From: Octopus sinensis
Taxonomy: Eukaryota
DNA: 64,000 bases
Assembly: GCF_006345805.1 (NCBI RefSeq)
Contig: NC_043019.1
Location: forward strand, 6,819,360 to 6,883,359
Direction: 5' to 3'
The position numbers were made by a program, and so were the translations under genes. The notes under the pieces are model-generated. The model was not told the DNA's origin. It saw nothing but the letters and a program-made list of their open reading frames with translations, and did no database searches. Position 1 is the stretch's first letter, and each line of letters begins with the position of its first letter. Below, piece by piece: positions 1 to 12,456 of the stretch.

Positions 1-55
1 TTGGACTGAAGCGACGTGAAATAAAGTGTCTTGCTCAAGAACACAACTCGCCACA
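1..55 (-). mobile_element. SINE family C fragment (cut by window edge)
   Basis: gtgaaataaagtgtcttgctcaagaacacaa matches 32168-32200 and the copies at 12.3k and 48.0k. Confidence 0.7.
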
Positions 56-569
56 TTTATCAAACTGTTATGTCGCACGTTCGGATGCCTCAACTTTTCA
101 CTTCTACTACTCTCTTCGCTACTCAACGGTTCTCTTCGACGTCTAGACTTCTCCCTCTATATCTACGTATTGGGATAGTCGACTACATCGTCTGGGGACG
201 TTCACATAACACAAACACAGGATCATACGACTGTGAGCGGAACATTTCGTTACACGCTTTCTGGATATTGTATTTCCGAGAGTATAACTGCTCATAACTG
301 CTAATGTTTGCAGTGTCTTTTTACATAATTTTGAATACCCTTTGTCGCTGTTTTGGTATATATTTACTATATGTTACCATCGACCCCAAGCTAGACATTT
401 TGTGTGTCTTGATCCTCTCCGTGAACCCTTCTTCATGTGTGAATATTTCACTTTCGACCATATAAATACGTATATGTATAAAACTTAGTGGCGTTAGGAA
501 TTGCATGGATTTAAATATTCCGAATAGAAAGAGACAAAAGAATTTCAGCTGCCATCACTGACAGACTCA

Positions 570-770
570 ACATCCATTGATAAGGTTCCAAAAGAAACGA
601 ACATTTTGGAATAGTAAAAACTATCAATAATAAATGAGTGGAAATTGAACCAGAGAATGTGTTAGATAATAAAACATTAAGACCATATGACTCTCCCCAA
701 ACACAACAAAATTTGATTCAACATACGAATTCACATAAAAAAATCTTTGCAAACCAGATACAAAAACGAG
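570..770 (+). repeat. Dispersed repeat homologous to 43225-43430, with one block in the opposite orientation
   Basis: atgactctcccc(a/c)..acacaaca is shared on +; ttcaacatacgaattcacataaaaaaatctttgcaaacc matches the reverse complement of 43245-43285. Confidence 0.65.
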
Positions 771-1107
771 AGAGAAGAAAACTTTTTCTAAATATCATCT
801 TTTATCATTTACGTATTTCAGTGAAGATATTGCGGCTAAGCTGGGGCAACACATTCAAGAAATTGTATTCGAATGAATTAAGCTCTATATTATTTTCCCC
901 TTAAGCCCGGTATCTTAAATTGCTTTGCGAATGTTGATGTACACCGTATTTTAGCAACAGAGAAATCTTATTTACAAAAGTGTCAGAAAGAGTCATAACA
1001 AATGGCTTATCGCATAAAACGAAGTAATTCTACGAAATTTCGCTGACTAATAGGAAGATCTCGGTCCTCTAACAAGCTGCATCTGACAACTGACTATCTA
1101 TCTATCT

Positions 1108-1193
1108 ATCCATTACTATATACAAACATATATACGCTTGAGTGTGTATATAAATATATACACATATGTATATATTTATATATATATATATGT

Positions 1194-1244
<51 letters not shown>

Positions 1245-1274
1245 ATATGTATACATATATATATATATACATAT

Positions 1275-1331
<57 letters not shown>

Positions 1332-1600
1332 ATGTATACATATATATATATGTATATGTATATATATGCATATAACATGTATGTATGCATATATATATAT
1401 ATATATATATATACATACATATGTATATGTATACGTGTATATTATATAATGAAGAGGAAGATAATAATTACGCATACGTATATATATACATGTATATATA
1501 TGTGTTTATGTATATATACATATATATATATAAATATGTATTATATATATATATATATATATATACATACATACACACACACAAATACATATATATATGA
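1108..1600. repeat. Interrupted (TA)n/(CA)n microsatellite tract
   Basis: Direct reading; source of the YIYI ORFs. Confidence 0.95.
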
Positions 1601-2110
1601 ATGACCGGTTTATATTTTTCCTTGTCCCTCTTTTATGTCATGTGTCTGGATGTTTTGCGTTCTTGTCCATATATATATATACACATTTTGTACGACTCTC
1701 TTATTCTTTCACTCCTACTTTCTTTATCAGCCCCTTCACACTTCGTTCCTTCCATACTTCTTTCTTTCGTTCCCCTTCTCTCACATTTACTGGCTTTCTC
1801 TTCATTCTAACCTTCCATCCTCTTTCACTTCACTCTGCCCCTTTTCTTTTTTCTCGTCTTTCCCTAATTCTTCTGTCCCTCTGCCTCTGCCTCTCTTCTC
1901 TCTCTCCACGTGACCGGTGTTCGGCCAAGCCTCACCTTTCTTTCTTGGTTCGACTACCATCCGTGCATCATCTGCCGTAACGCTTCACGTCCACACACGC
2001 CAGCTTAATTTTATTTGTCCTTAGTCGAAAGACACCTGCTGTTATGTCCTATATTTCTTTTGTATTTGTGTAACATTTCTAATTTTTTTCCGTCCTTGTT
2101 TTCGTATGTG
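1600..2110 (+). repeat. Pyrimidine-rich dispersed repeat, possibly a retroelement 3' UTR
   Basis: ccacacacgccagcttaattt..gtcct.ag.cgaaagacacctg and ccaagcct.acctttc are shared with the reverse complement of 54970-55435. Confidence 0.7.
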
Positions 2111-2619
2111 TATGTATGATTTTGTGTGTGAATGTGTGTATGTTCCTTTCAATCTCTTGGCGTCAATAAAATGAGTTTAAGTTGAGCACTAGGGTCCATA
2201 TAATAAACCTGACCGCTGGTCCTAAAATTACAAGCCTCGTGCTTATAATCAAAAGGTTTATTCATGCATTCGGTAGTTACTGCTTAGCGTTCAACGTCTT
2301 TATACGTTTAACGTTCGATATTGTTTTGCTGAAGGTTTTTGAAGTTTTACAACACTCAAAACTCTAACAACAGTTCTTTGAGAGAACCATCTTTCTAAAC
2401 ACATTTAGCTTTGCCCGGTTTCTCTTTTTATACTTTTACATTGAGATCATCCTTGCCTTAGGCGAGCAAAACATTTTGTAATCAATCACTGAAATAATGT
2501 GAAATCAGTTGCTGGGTTTTGATGTCTTTTCATTCATAGCAGGTTGAGTTCCTCGATTACGCCCCGCAGCTCAAATTCGTGTGTGTGGGCGTGTATATAT
2601 ATATATATAATATATATAT

Positions 2620-2656
<37 letters not shown>

Positions 2657-3249
2657 TGTATACAATTTTCTGAGTATATTTAACGCATATTATGCAACGT
2701 ATATTGCCATTGAAAAAGATGGTGTTGTGTAACGCTTCTCATCTTGTAAAAATTATTCGAAATTTTGTAATGTGAAGATGTGAGAGTTATATATTTATTA
2801 ACAAATTTGTTGAACTATTAATATTCCTGTCAATATTCTACACTAGTAAATTGGATGCTAACGAATGACTAGGTCCGATGTACGTTACTCCCACAACCAA
2901 ATTATAAAAGATAGTAGGGATACCAGGAAGCCGCATTACATCAGAATTATATTGGAGCTATATCTTCGAAAAAATACCACGCGAACTAACGAGAAGTGTA
3001 TGGTATATACGTTTAATCCCAATATTAGCTGCAAAACTAGGAACGTAGAATGCAGAAAAAAGGTGCACGGGAGGAGTTTGTAGGGACAGAAACACGACAT
3101 AATTTGTGGGGCGTTGTAGGAGTTTAGCAGAGAGGATAAACGTTTCACTGGAGATATTTTGAGGAGAGAAAACAGTCTTTCATAATCTATAGACATTTTA
3201 AAGACCAGTAGGGAGGAACACTGCGACGAACTGACATCTGCTTTTTGTC

Positions 3250-3329
3250 CAAACACCCAAAGGAGCCATCACTTGGATAAATACAAGACTACGTACAGAG
3301 ACACAGACACAGATACAGATAGGTAGGTA

Positions 3330-3365
<36 letters not shown>

Positions 3366-3418
3366 TAGATAGATAGATAGATATATAGATAGAGAAAAAG
3401 AGAAATGTATATATATAT

Positions 3419-3463
<45 letters not shown>

Positions 3464-3636
3464 CGCACAGACGAGGGGCTTCTTTCAGTTTCCATCTACC
3501 AAATCCATTTACACGTCTTTGGTCGGTTCGAGTCTATAGTGGAAGACATATTCCAAAGGTGCCAACGAGGTGTGACTGAACCCGGAATCCTGTGCTTGCG
3601 AAGCAAACCTCCTTACCACGCAGCCACGTCTGCACC
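3250..3636 (-). mobile_element. SINE family B with an expanded internal microsatellite
   Basis: Diverged head (gcagccac..ttaccac, actgaacccgga, ttctttcagtttccatctaccaaatcc) followed by a (TA)/(GATA) tract. Confidence 0.75.
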
Positions 3637-4238
3637 TATAGCCACCCATGTGCTTATGTCGTTAAGCAGACAAGGTTATTAGCTGAAGATCAGTACCCCA
3701 GAAACGATTCGTCCGTGTGTACAAAGAAACCAACGTAGTAATCAATGGTTTGAAGATATTTGATGAGCTTTTCTTACATCCAAATCATAAATATTGAACT
3801 CTTGCTGTAGGTGTCGGATTTGATCAGTATTATATATTCATTCGTGTTTTTTTTCTCGCGTTTTTATCGGCTGTTTCTCTTTCATTAATACTCCGCATGA
3901 GAGTATTATCACGACCATAATCTATTACTTGAACCGCGACGTAATTCATGCGTTGTAACAACGGAATTGTACAATATAACATTTATTTAAGTATTAATCT
4001 CAGGCTGCTATTTTCCCTCCATGGTTTTATCCTTCCATTTCTTTCTCATCCTCTTGTGCGTATATGTGTGTTTGTGCATATGAATGTATGTATGTGTGTA
4101 TGTCTTTGTGTGTGTATGTCTTTGTTTGTGTATGTGTGTGTGCGTGTGATATATGTTCTGCGTTAAAATAGAAAATGCTTGATTGTGTGGAGTTCAGAGA
4201 AAATCTTTTCAAAGACATGTGTACAAAAGAATGTAAAT

Positions 4239-4328
<90 letters not shown>

Positions 4329-4859
4329 AACTAACCACCCCAGTAGCAGCTCAGGAGAACTATCTTTTATATATATCTTCATCTCCATCCTCTCTCTCTA
4401 TACATACATATATGCATATATATTATATATATATATATGGTTTTATACTATATATGTATATATATATATATTTATACTATATATATATATGTGTGTGTGT
4501 GTGTTTGTGTGCGTGTGTGTATTGATATATATATATATCAATATATATATACCAGTACACACACATATATATATATGTATATATATATGTAATTATATAT
4601 ATATGTGTGCGTGTTTGTGTGCGTATATATACATATCTGTGTAAAATATAAATGCATTAATCTATATACATATATGAGAGTGTGTGTGTGACTCCCTCTT
4701 TCTATAGGTATGTATGTAACCTTATGTGAATGTGTGTATGTTCTACCCCTCTTACACTTGTACTTCTTTGAAGCGACATGACACGGACAAGGATTTTGCG
4801 AAGATTTCTTCATTTCCAAGATGTTATTTATTTATTAGTAAAACATCCTGATGCCAAGT

Positions 4860-5083
4860 TCTTAACGGAATCCATACGTTTATGCTACAGAGAATCTAGT
4901 TGAATGTCATCTGCAGCAAATAATTGGAAACCATCCATGTAAAAGACATTATTGATTTCTGTCACGTAGGACTTGTATCCGAAAACCTTCCCGTTGAGCA
5001 TATTGGCTAGATCTGTTGGCCTAGAACAAGACAAATGGAGTTGGGACAGCGAACCGCTCGAATATTTCCTGTCTAAATGGGAT
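4860..5083 (-). pseudogene. Decayed reverse transcriptase fragment of an R4/Dong-like non-LTR retrotransposon
   Basis: With one frameshift, the minus strand reads IPFRQEIFE-GSLSQL...VFGYKSYVTEINNVFYMDGFQLFAADDIQLDSL, matching the GIFQGDSLSP and YMDDLKLYA motifs. Confidence 0.65.
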
Positions 5084-5148
5084 CGATTATTTTGTTACAG
5101 TTCCTTCCAAAATAAATTTCAATTTGTTTTCAACATATTCATGGTATA

Positions 5149-5381
5149 CCTATTTCTTTACTACCCACAAGGGGCTAAACATAGAGGAAACAGACAAGGA
5201 CAGAAAAACGGATTATTTCGATTACGTCGACTCCAATGCGTAACTGGTACTTAATTTATCGACCCCGAAAGGATGAAAGGCAAAGTCGACCTCGGCAGAA
5301 TTTGAACTCAGTACGTAATGGCAGACGAAATACGACTACGCATTTCGCCCGGCGGGCTAACGTTTCTGCCAGCTCGGCGCC
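5149..5381 (-). mobile_element. Full-length SINE family A (tail type 1) with a 13-bp target-site duplication
   Basis: tRNA-like head (tggcagaa; gagttcaaattc), central gcctttcatcctttcggggtcgataaattaagtacc module and tail; flanked by ttcatggtatacc at 5138-5150 and 5382-5394. Confidence 0.9.
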
Positions 5382-5400
5382 TTCATGGTATACCACACGG

Positions 5401-5714
5401 CAAACTGGATGGATTGTTAGCACGGCGGGTAAAATACTTTGAGACGTTTTGTAGATCTTTACGTTTTGAGTTCTGATTCGGTTGAGGTAGAGTTAGCGTT
5501 TCATTTTTTCGCGGTCGCTAAAATAATTACCCTTGGGGCGGGCACTGGGGTCGACGTAAGCGACTTGCCCGTCCACGAAATCTCTTCCTAAAAACTGAAT
5601 CCAATGTATTTATGCAATCGAAGATGGTCAGCTGCCTGAATCGTTAGCACGTCGGCGGAAATTGCTTAGCGGCATTTCGTCAATCTGTACGTTCTAAGTT
5701 CAAATTCCGCTGAG
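5401..5714 (+). mobile_element. Two degenerate SINE-A heads
   Basis: gttagcacg...ttacgtt.tgagttc at about 5415-5480 and 5626-5714. Confidence 0.65.
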
Positions 5715-5774
5715 CGGAAGTGATGAATTGAGATGCCGATTCTGGATTAATCGATAGATCATTAAGAAGTGTGC

Positions 5775-6195
5775 TCCTCAACCAGATAGTTCCGGGTTCA
5801 GTCTCACTGCGTGACACCTTGGGCAAGTGTCTTCTTCTATAGCCTCGGGCTGGCCAACACCTTGTGAGTGGATTTGGTAGACAGAAACTGAAAGAGGCTC
5901 GTCGAATATGTGTATGTGTATGTGTATGTGTATGTGTGTGTTGGGGGGGGGGGGGGGTGTACGTTCGTGTGCGTATGTATGTGCCTGTGTTTGATCGTCA
6001 CCACTGCTTGACAACCGGTGGGGGTATGTTTACGTCCATATAGATTAACAGTTCGGCAAAAGCGACGAATAGAATAAGTACTAGGCGTCAAAACCTAATA
6101 CGTCCTAAGGTCGATATGTTCGATTACAACACTTCAACGCAATGCTCCAGCATGGTCGCAGTCAAATGATTGAAACATGTGAAGGGTAAAATATA
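5775..6195 (+). mobile_element. SINE family B, 5'-trimmed
   Basis: ccgggttcagtc, cttgggcaagtgtcttc, ccttgtgagtggatttggtagac.gaaactgaaaga, internal microsatellite, ccagcatgg.cgcagtcaaatga tail. Confidence 0.85.
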
Positions 6196-6242
6196 AAAGG
6201 TATCTATCACAAATGTTTTGTCGGTACCTGTAAGGTTAGACT

Positions 6243-6410
6243 TAGCGGGCGAAATGCTTATCGGTAATTCTCTGTCTTTATTTTCTGAGTTCAAATTCCG
6301 CAGGCATCGACTTTGCCTTTCATCCTTTCGGAGTCGATAAATTAAGTAGCAGTTGCGTCCTGGGATCGATCTAATTGACTGACCCCTCCACCAAAATTTC
6401 GGGCCTTGTA
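6243..6410 (+). mobile_element. SINE-A (tail type 2), 5'-truncated
   Basis: ctgagttcaaattccg..cgactttgcctttcatcctttcgg..ccaaaatttcgggccttgt. Confidence 0.85.
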
Positions 6411-6949
6411 GAAACGAATATCTCTGTTCATTTCTTGTGCTTAACATTTGGTACAAAATTATGCTATTCTGCATTGCTCTTACACGAAATTACCATTCTT
6501 TCCACGCATTAAATTCTCCCGCGGTGATCCATAAGTTAAGCATAACTCTCTAAAAAAGAAAGCTAATATAAGTCTCTCCTGACTGCCTCAATTTCTTATT
6601 TATATTTATCGGGTTCTTGGTAATATTGTTTGCGATCTGATTTTGAAATTTCCTATTTCTTTAAGGTACCATAGTCAATTCTCAGAAAAATATATTCTTT
6701 ACGAATTTATGTATTTATTTTTAGCGTTCCTTGAATTTGCGCGCATCATTTTAATTTTTTTCTTTTTTGTAGAATTTTTCTTTTTCGATATTCTTTCCAT
6801 TATGGTTATTGATTCTATTAACAATTGGATTACATTTTCTTGTATTTCATTTTATTCTTTGTTTATAAGTTTTTGTTTGGCTTGTTGAGTTCCTATACGA
6901 GAAATTCCCAGTAAAAAAAAACAAAACACCCACACACAACCTACATTCC

Positions 6950-7110
6950 TTAGACACCCAGTTGGTTGTTGCATAGATTATTCGGGTTGCCACGTGATAT
7001 TGCAGTTTATATCTATGTTCAATAAGTTTATGATGTATTGTTGATCGTATTTAATCGTTAAGTTTAAATATCGGGAAAATCTTTTATTGCTCTACAGCAA
7101 CGGGATTCTA
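6950..7110. repeat. Old dispersed repeat; second copy at about 17495-17635
   Basis: catagattatt..ttcaataa.ttt..tattgtt..atatcggga.aatcttttattg is shared by both copies. Confidence 0.55.
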
Positions 7111-7738
7111 TCAATCATTTAGACATTTCCCGCTTTGATTATAGTTGTGGCTTGGATTTAATGATTAAGATATATTCGCTCGAATTTCTATTTCGTATTT
7201 ATTTTTGCTTATATTCCTATATATTATTTATGCGTCTAAGATGAAAGGAATGAGTTCATAGCTTTTTCAGACCCCTCCTTCACCTAAAATCGGTGAGTTT
7301 GATGCTGTTAACGATTCAGTTACAAATCGTCAGATGTAGGAAAAAGGAAATTGGTTCCGAGGAAGAATTTCCAGAAGCTGTCGGCCTGGGTAAAGAGACG
7401 TGGGTGTTCTGGTTAGTTCGGAATGTGAGGTAAGACTATTTTCAAGATACAAGAAGGAAAGACGAATGAAAGAAAACTGCCTGGAGGCAGCATTGTTTGA
7501 TCTGCTGCTTTCGATTAGTAGGTGCCACTTTTGTGGTATGTATGTAAATAAGGAACACAAGTGAACTTTATACCTCATCAATGAATGAGAACCACGCTAT
7601 TTGATGAGCGTTTCACCCTTAGGGGCATTTGTCATATATGCAACCTGGAATTTTGGGGTCCCAGGCAGGAATATTACTTTGTCTGTTCGAACGTTAGAGG
7701 CGACCACCATATGTGGTCGGTAGTTGTGAGGGACCTAA

Positions 7739-8172
7739 GGCGGAGGGCTGGCAGAAAGGTTAGCACGCCGGGCGAAATGCTTAGCGGTGTTTTGTCAGTC
7801 TTTACGTTCTGAGTTCAAATTCCGCCGAGGTCGACTTTGCCTTTCATCCTTTCGGGATCGATAAATTAAGTACCAGTTGCATAATGGGGTCGATCTAATC
7901 GACTGGCACCTCCTCCAAAATTTCGAGCCTTGTGCCTAGAGTAGAAAAGATTCTTTAAGGCGGCAAGCTGGCAGAAAGGTTAGTTATCCGGGTGAAGTGC
8001 TTAGTGGTGTTTCGTCTGTCTTTATGTTCTGAGTTCAAATTCCGCCGAGGTCGACTTTGCCTTTCATCCTTTCGGGGTCGATAAATTAAATTACACTTGT
8101 GTACTGGGGTCGATCCTAATCAACTGGATCCCTCCTCCAAAATTGCGAGCCTCGTGTCGAGAGTAGAAAAGT
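7739..8172 (+). mobile_element. Head-to-tail pair of SINE-A (tail type 2): 7739-7950 and 7959-8172
   Basis: Two complete head-core-tail units, each ending in agtagaaaag. Confidence 0.9.
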
Positions 8173-9189
8173 ATTCGTGAGAGACGTGTTGAACCCGTTG
8201 GTCGGAGCCTGTTCAACTCAGACCGTGTGACTACCGCTGTAAGTAAGAACAAGTAGTGTAGTATGGGTGGAAGTGACAGAGAGTAAACGGCGCGTGTGTT
8301 TCGTGTAGTGGTCGATGTGTGTCAGTATGTGACGTCCTGTTAAGCATTGATGCAGGTGATGCAGCTAAGCTTTAGCAGTTCTTTGGTAATAGTCTATAGT
8401 CGTCCTAGTTTCTATTTGATGGTGTTCTGTCATTTTTACACGACAATATGGAATGGAAATATGTGTTTGAGCAGCAACTACAGTGTAAGAATAAATGGGA
8501 AAATGAAACATAATAGACAATCCAATTTGAAGAGAAGGGAAGAATTTTCATACCAGTTGATAAATTTTAATAGTTGTGAAGTACAATAACAAATGGTGTC
8601 GAGATCAAAGAACGAACAAAACGCAGGAACGCAGATGCTGCGTCAGCGTTTGCTAAATGTTTCGAAAAATAGAAATGATTTCACTAACAAGGACATTTCG
8701 CTTTATATATATATATATATTTTTTTTTAAGAGCGTTATTAATTCCATCTCTTTTCTATGGGTGTGAATAATGGATGTGGAATATTGAAAGTTTGAAAAA
8801 AAAAACTGATTGTGTCTGAATTGAAATTTTATAGAAAGCTTTTTTTCCCCCCATTTTCATATACAGAAAAACAAGAATGCAATTATTGAGGAGATAGCGA
8901 AAGTGGGATATCTTCAGAAGCATTTTAAAATGCGAGAAACGAAGTGATTCGGTAGTGAAAAGCGACACCATAAAACACTACAGCCAGCAAATATTACGAT
9001 CTAAGATCAATGTCCATATCTCCAATAACAAGACTAAAACCCCTTCCACCTCCAAAAACCTTCAAATCTTATTTGTCCATTTCTGCCAGTTAGCAAAGTT
9101 ATGCTGGGCGTATTTCTTGAGATGCCATGGTGCCTTCAATTCGACGTTTTATATCGGTGTAGTTTAGCATGATTTTTGACAGCGTAAAA

Positions 9190-9410
9190 TAAATAGCTTT
9201 CAAGTTCTGGGACAAGGCCAGCAGTCTTGGAGAAGTGGGTAAGTCGATTACACGGCACCCAGTGCTCAACAGGTAATTATTTTATCGATCACGAAAGGAC
9301 AAATGGCGAAGTCGACCTCAGCAGAATTTGAACTCAGAACGTATATACAGACGAAACGCCACTAAACATTTTCCCCTGCGTGCTAACGATTCTGCCAATG
9401 AGCCGCCGCT
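9190..9410 (-). mobile_element. SINE-A (tail type 2)
   Basis: gtcgacctcagcagaatttgaactcagaacgt..gacgaaacg..gctaacgattctgcca. Confidence 0.85.
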
Positions 9411-10310
9411 ATATAATCCATATATATTAACATGTAGAGCATATACGCCTTGCCTAAACGGGGTAACATTAGAAACAGGGACGACAGATGTGTAAACAAT
9501 CAACATTGTCCTCAAAGGACAAACCATAATATTCCCATTTATTTTATCTTTTAATTGCTTCAGCCATTAGACTGCGGCCATGCTGCGACACAGCCTTCAT
9601 ACATTGACTTGTAGAGCAGTACTTTTACCAATGTACCACTTTGATTACTATTTTAAAATAGTGAAATATGTGCTGTAAAATACGCATACGGCGTTTAAAA
9701 GCTAGTTTTATATATACGTCTTTCAAAATTCCTAATTTGTTTGTCACGCATTCACGTGCGTTGGCTGAAGTGCATAAAAAGTTCGAAAAAGAAACCTCGC
9801 TTTTCCTTGCAATAAATACATGTAAATCAATTTTCTTTCACGGACCTTTAATATATGTCCTCAATCTATTATTTTACTTGCGTGGACACTCACAAATATT
9901 TTATAGACCCCCTACCTAGAAGTCATACGGACCACTAATGAGATCTGTTGTATTGTAGAGTGTGATACATCTTCAGTAGGCACTTCGCATTACAATTTAT
10001 GGTAACTAATGTTTCACGCCTCAAGAGAGAAGCCGGGACAATGTTCGTGACACACATATTTCTGTTACAAAGATGATGTACAGTTATATTTTTACCCAGC
10101 CAACATATTCTTTTGTCAACCACGTAAGCATAATTAACACATACACACGCGCTAACACATCTTCACCACTTTGCTATTCGTTATTTGACATGTCGATTGT
10201 ATAAACAAGTGTATAGTGTAATCTATAAGGGTCTTCACCTTTAGAATTTAGAATATATTTATGTAGGGAACTCACTGTTTGTTCTCTTTTTGTTACAAAC
10301 AACAAAACTC

Positions 10311-10341
<31 letters not shown>

Positions 10342-11284
10342 CATACACACACACACACACATATATATATATATGTATATATGCATATATGTATGCATGT
10401 ATATTTAAGCGTATATGTTTGTATTTTTGATGTATGTATGGGTAGATATATATATATGTATGTATATATACATGTGTGTATATAAATGTTTGCATTTGTG
10501 TGTGTGTGTGTGCATATATATATATATATATTATATATATATATATCAAATTGCTCTGGAGCCATGTATGATGCTGTAGATAATACTGTAAATTTTGTAT
10601 TGCTGATAGACGCGCTAATTTTCCACATTCTTTACCTGTCAGCCCATATCTTTGAGGGCCATCTTTGCTTGTGCTATAAATTTTTAATTCGCTTTCTTAA
10701 TCGCGCATTCAACATACAAATAAATTCCTGTGTTTTGCACTGTTAAATTTCTTTTCTCAAGCTCGATATCGTTGGAGAAATAGTTTTTTTTAATTAAGAT
10801 TGTAAATGAGTTCTATGTACCTTTAAGGCTTATCCTAGATATTTAGAAGTATCATAAATATAGTGGAGTATTTCATTTGTATTTCTGCTGCACCTACAAG
10901 TAACAATTCCTTTATTGTTTGCTTAGGTCTGTGAAAATAGAGTGAGAAAGAGGTTCGCTGCACTACTCAGCTTTTCATATAGGCAATAATATATCTATTT
11001 TTAACTAGTAGCCCGAAGCAGTGTTTATATCATTGATGGAATTACAATTTACCTACTTTGCCTGATATTGCTACACGAAATACTATCGTCTTATCATACC
11101 ATGACACAATAAAGACAAGGTTTATTTGTTTATTTGTCATCTCTCACAGTTGATTTCAATTTTCAATTTGTATCTTTCAAAAGGTTTTTGGTTAATGATT
11201 ACGAATTAATTCGAATAGAGTTCCTCGTGTTATTGTGTATGTATATAACAATAGGTTGCACAAAAGTACATTCTCTCTATCTTT

Positions 11285-11306
11285 GCCCTCTCTCTCTCTC
11301 TCTCTC

Positions 11307-11348
<42 letters not shown>

Positions 11349-11421
11349 ATATATGTATATATATATGTATATATGTATTTATACATACATATATATATAT
11401 AATATGTATATATATGTATTT

Positions 11422-11472
<51 letters not shown>

Positions 11473-11706
11473 GGTATATATATATATATATGTATATATA
11501 TGTATATATATATATATAATGTATATATATGGATATATATATACACATATGTATATATATATAACTATATATACAAATATATATATATATATATAATATA
11601 TACATATATATGTATATATATGTGTGTATATATATATACACATATATATATGTATATATATATATATATATACATATATATGTATATATATATATATATA
11701 TACATA

Positions 11707-11749
<43 letters not shown>

Positions 11750-11822
11750 ATATACGTATATATATACACATAGGTATGTATATATACATAAATGTGTGTG
11801 TGCGTAGATATATATATGCATA

Positions 11823-11862
<40 letters not shown>

Positions 11863-12010
11863 TATGTATACATATACATATATATGTGTGTGTATATATA
11901 TACATATATGCATATATATATGTATATATATATATACATACATATGTATATACACATACATACATATACATGTATACATTCATGCATACATGTACATCTA
12001 TATACGCATA
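11285..12010. repeat. About 700-bp interrupted (TA)n tract
   Basis: Direct reading; explains the 335-aa ORF at 11134-12141. Confidence 0.95.
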
Positions 12011-12149
12011 CAAAGCTGCCAAGACTGCGCCTTGTTTGCTTCCGATATGCATTGTGTTTTAATGCCCATCACATCTACAACATGAGACTTCATGTAAGAC
12101 AAAAGCAGTGGAGATCTGCCTGTCGACGTGTATATATTTAAGTATAACT

Positions 12150-12456
12150 GGTCCTTCGCCGGTGACGACGACTGAGAGTTGATCCGATCGGTGGCACAAC
12201 CTGCATGTGAAATTTACGTGTACGTGTCTGAGTACTCCACAGCCACGTGTAAACCGTAACGTAGTTGTCAGGGAGATTCAGTGTGACAAGGCCGACTCTT
12301 TGAATTACAGATACAACTCATATTTTTAACAGCTGTGTGAACTGGAAGAATGTGGAATAAAATGTCTTTCTGAATGACACAGCTTGCTGCCAGGAATCGA
12401 ACTCATTTTCTTAAAATCATGAGCCGTACAGCCTAACCACTAAGCCGCGTGCCTAT
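12150..12456 (-). mobile_element. SINE family C, near full length
   Basis: The minus strand starts ggcacgcggcttagtggttagg (A box) and gagttcgattcc (B box); body homologous to 16140-16445. Confidence 0.8.

Noticed and set aside
2960-3230. Possible L1/Tx1-like remnant (also 7330-7480, 50320-50560) and LINE RT traces (10540-10900, 14700-14950, 24330-24890, 59590-59800)
   Set aside because: Only faint, frame-broken motif echoes; not supportable without BLASTX
7739-8172. tRNA gene or CRISPR-like array calls on SINE heads and clusters
   Set aside because: Heads have A/B boxes but no complete cloverleaf and are joined to SINE bodies; there are no regular repeat-spacer units or cas genes
11134-12141. 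335-aa ORF and all similar YI/HT/CV/LS/LPTY-rich ORFs
   Set aside because: Translations of microsatellites, which lack stop codons; no coding signal
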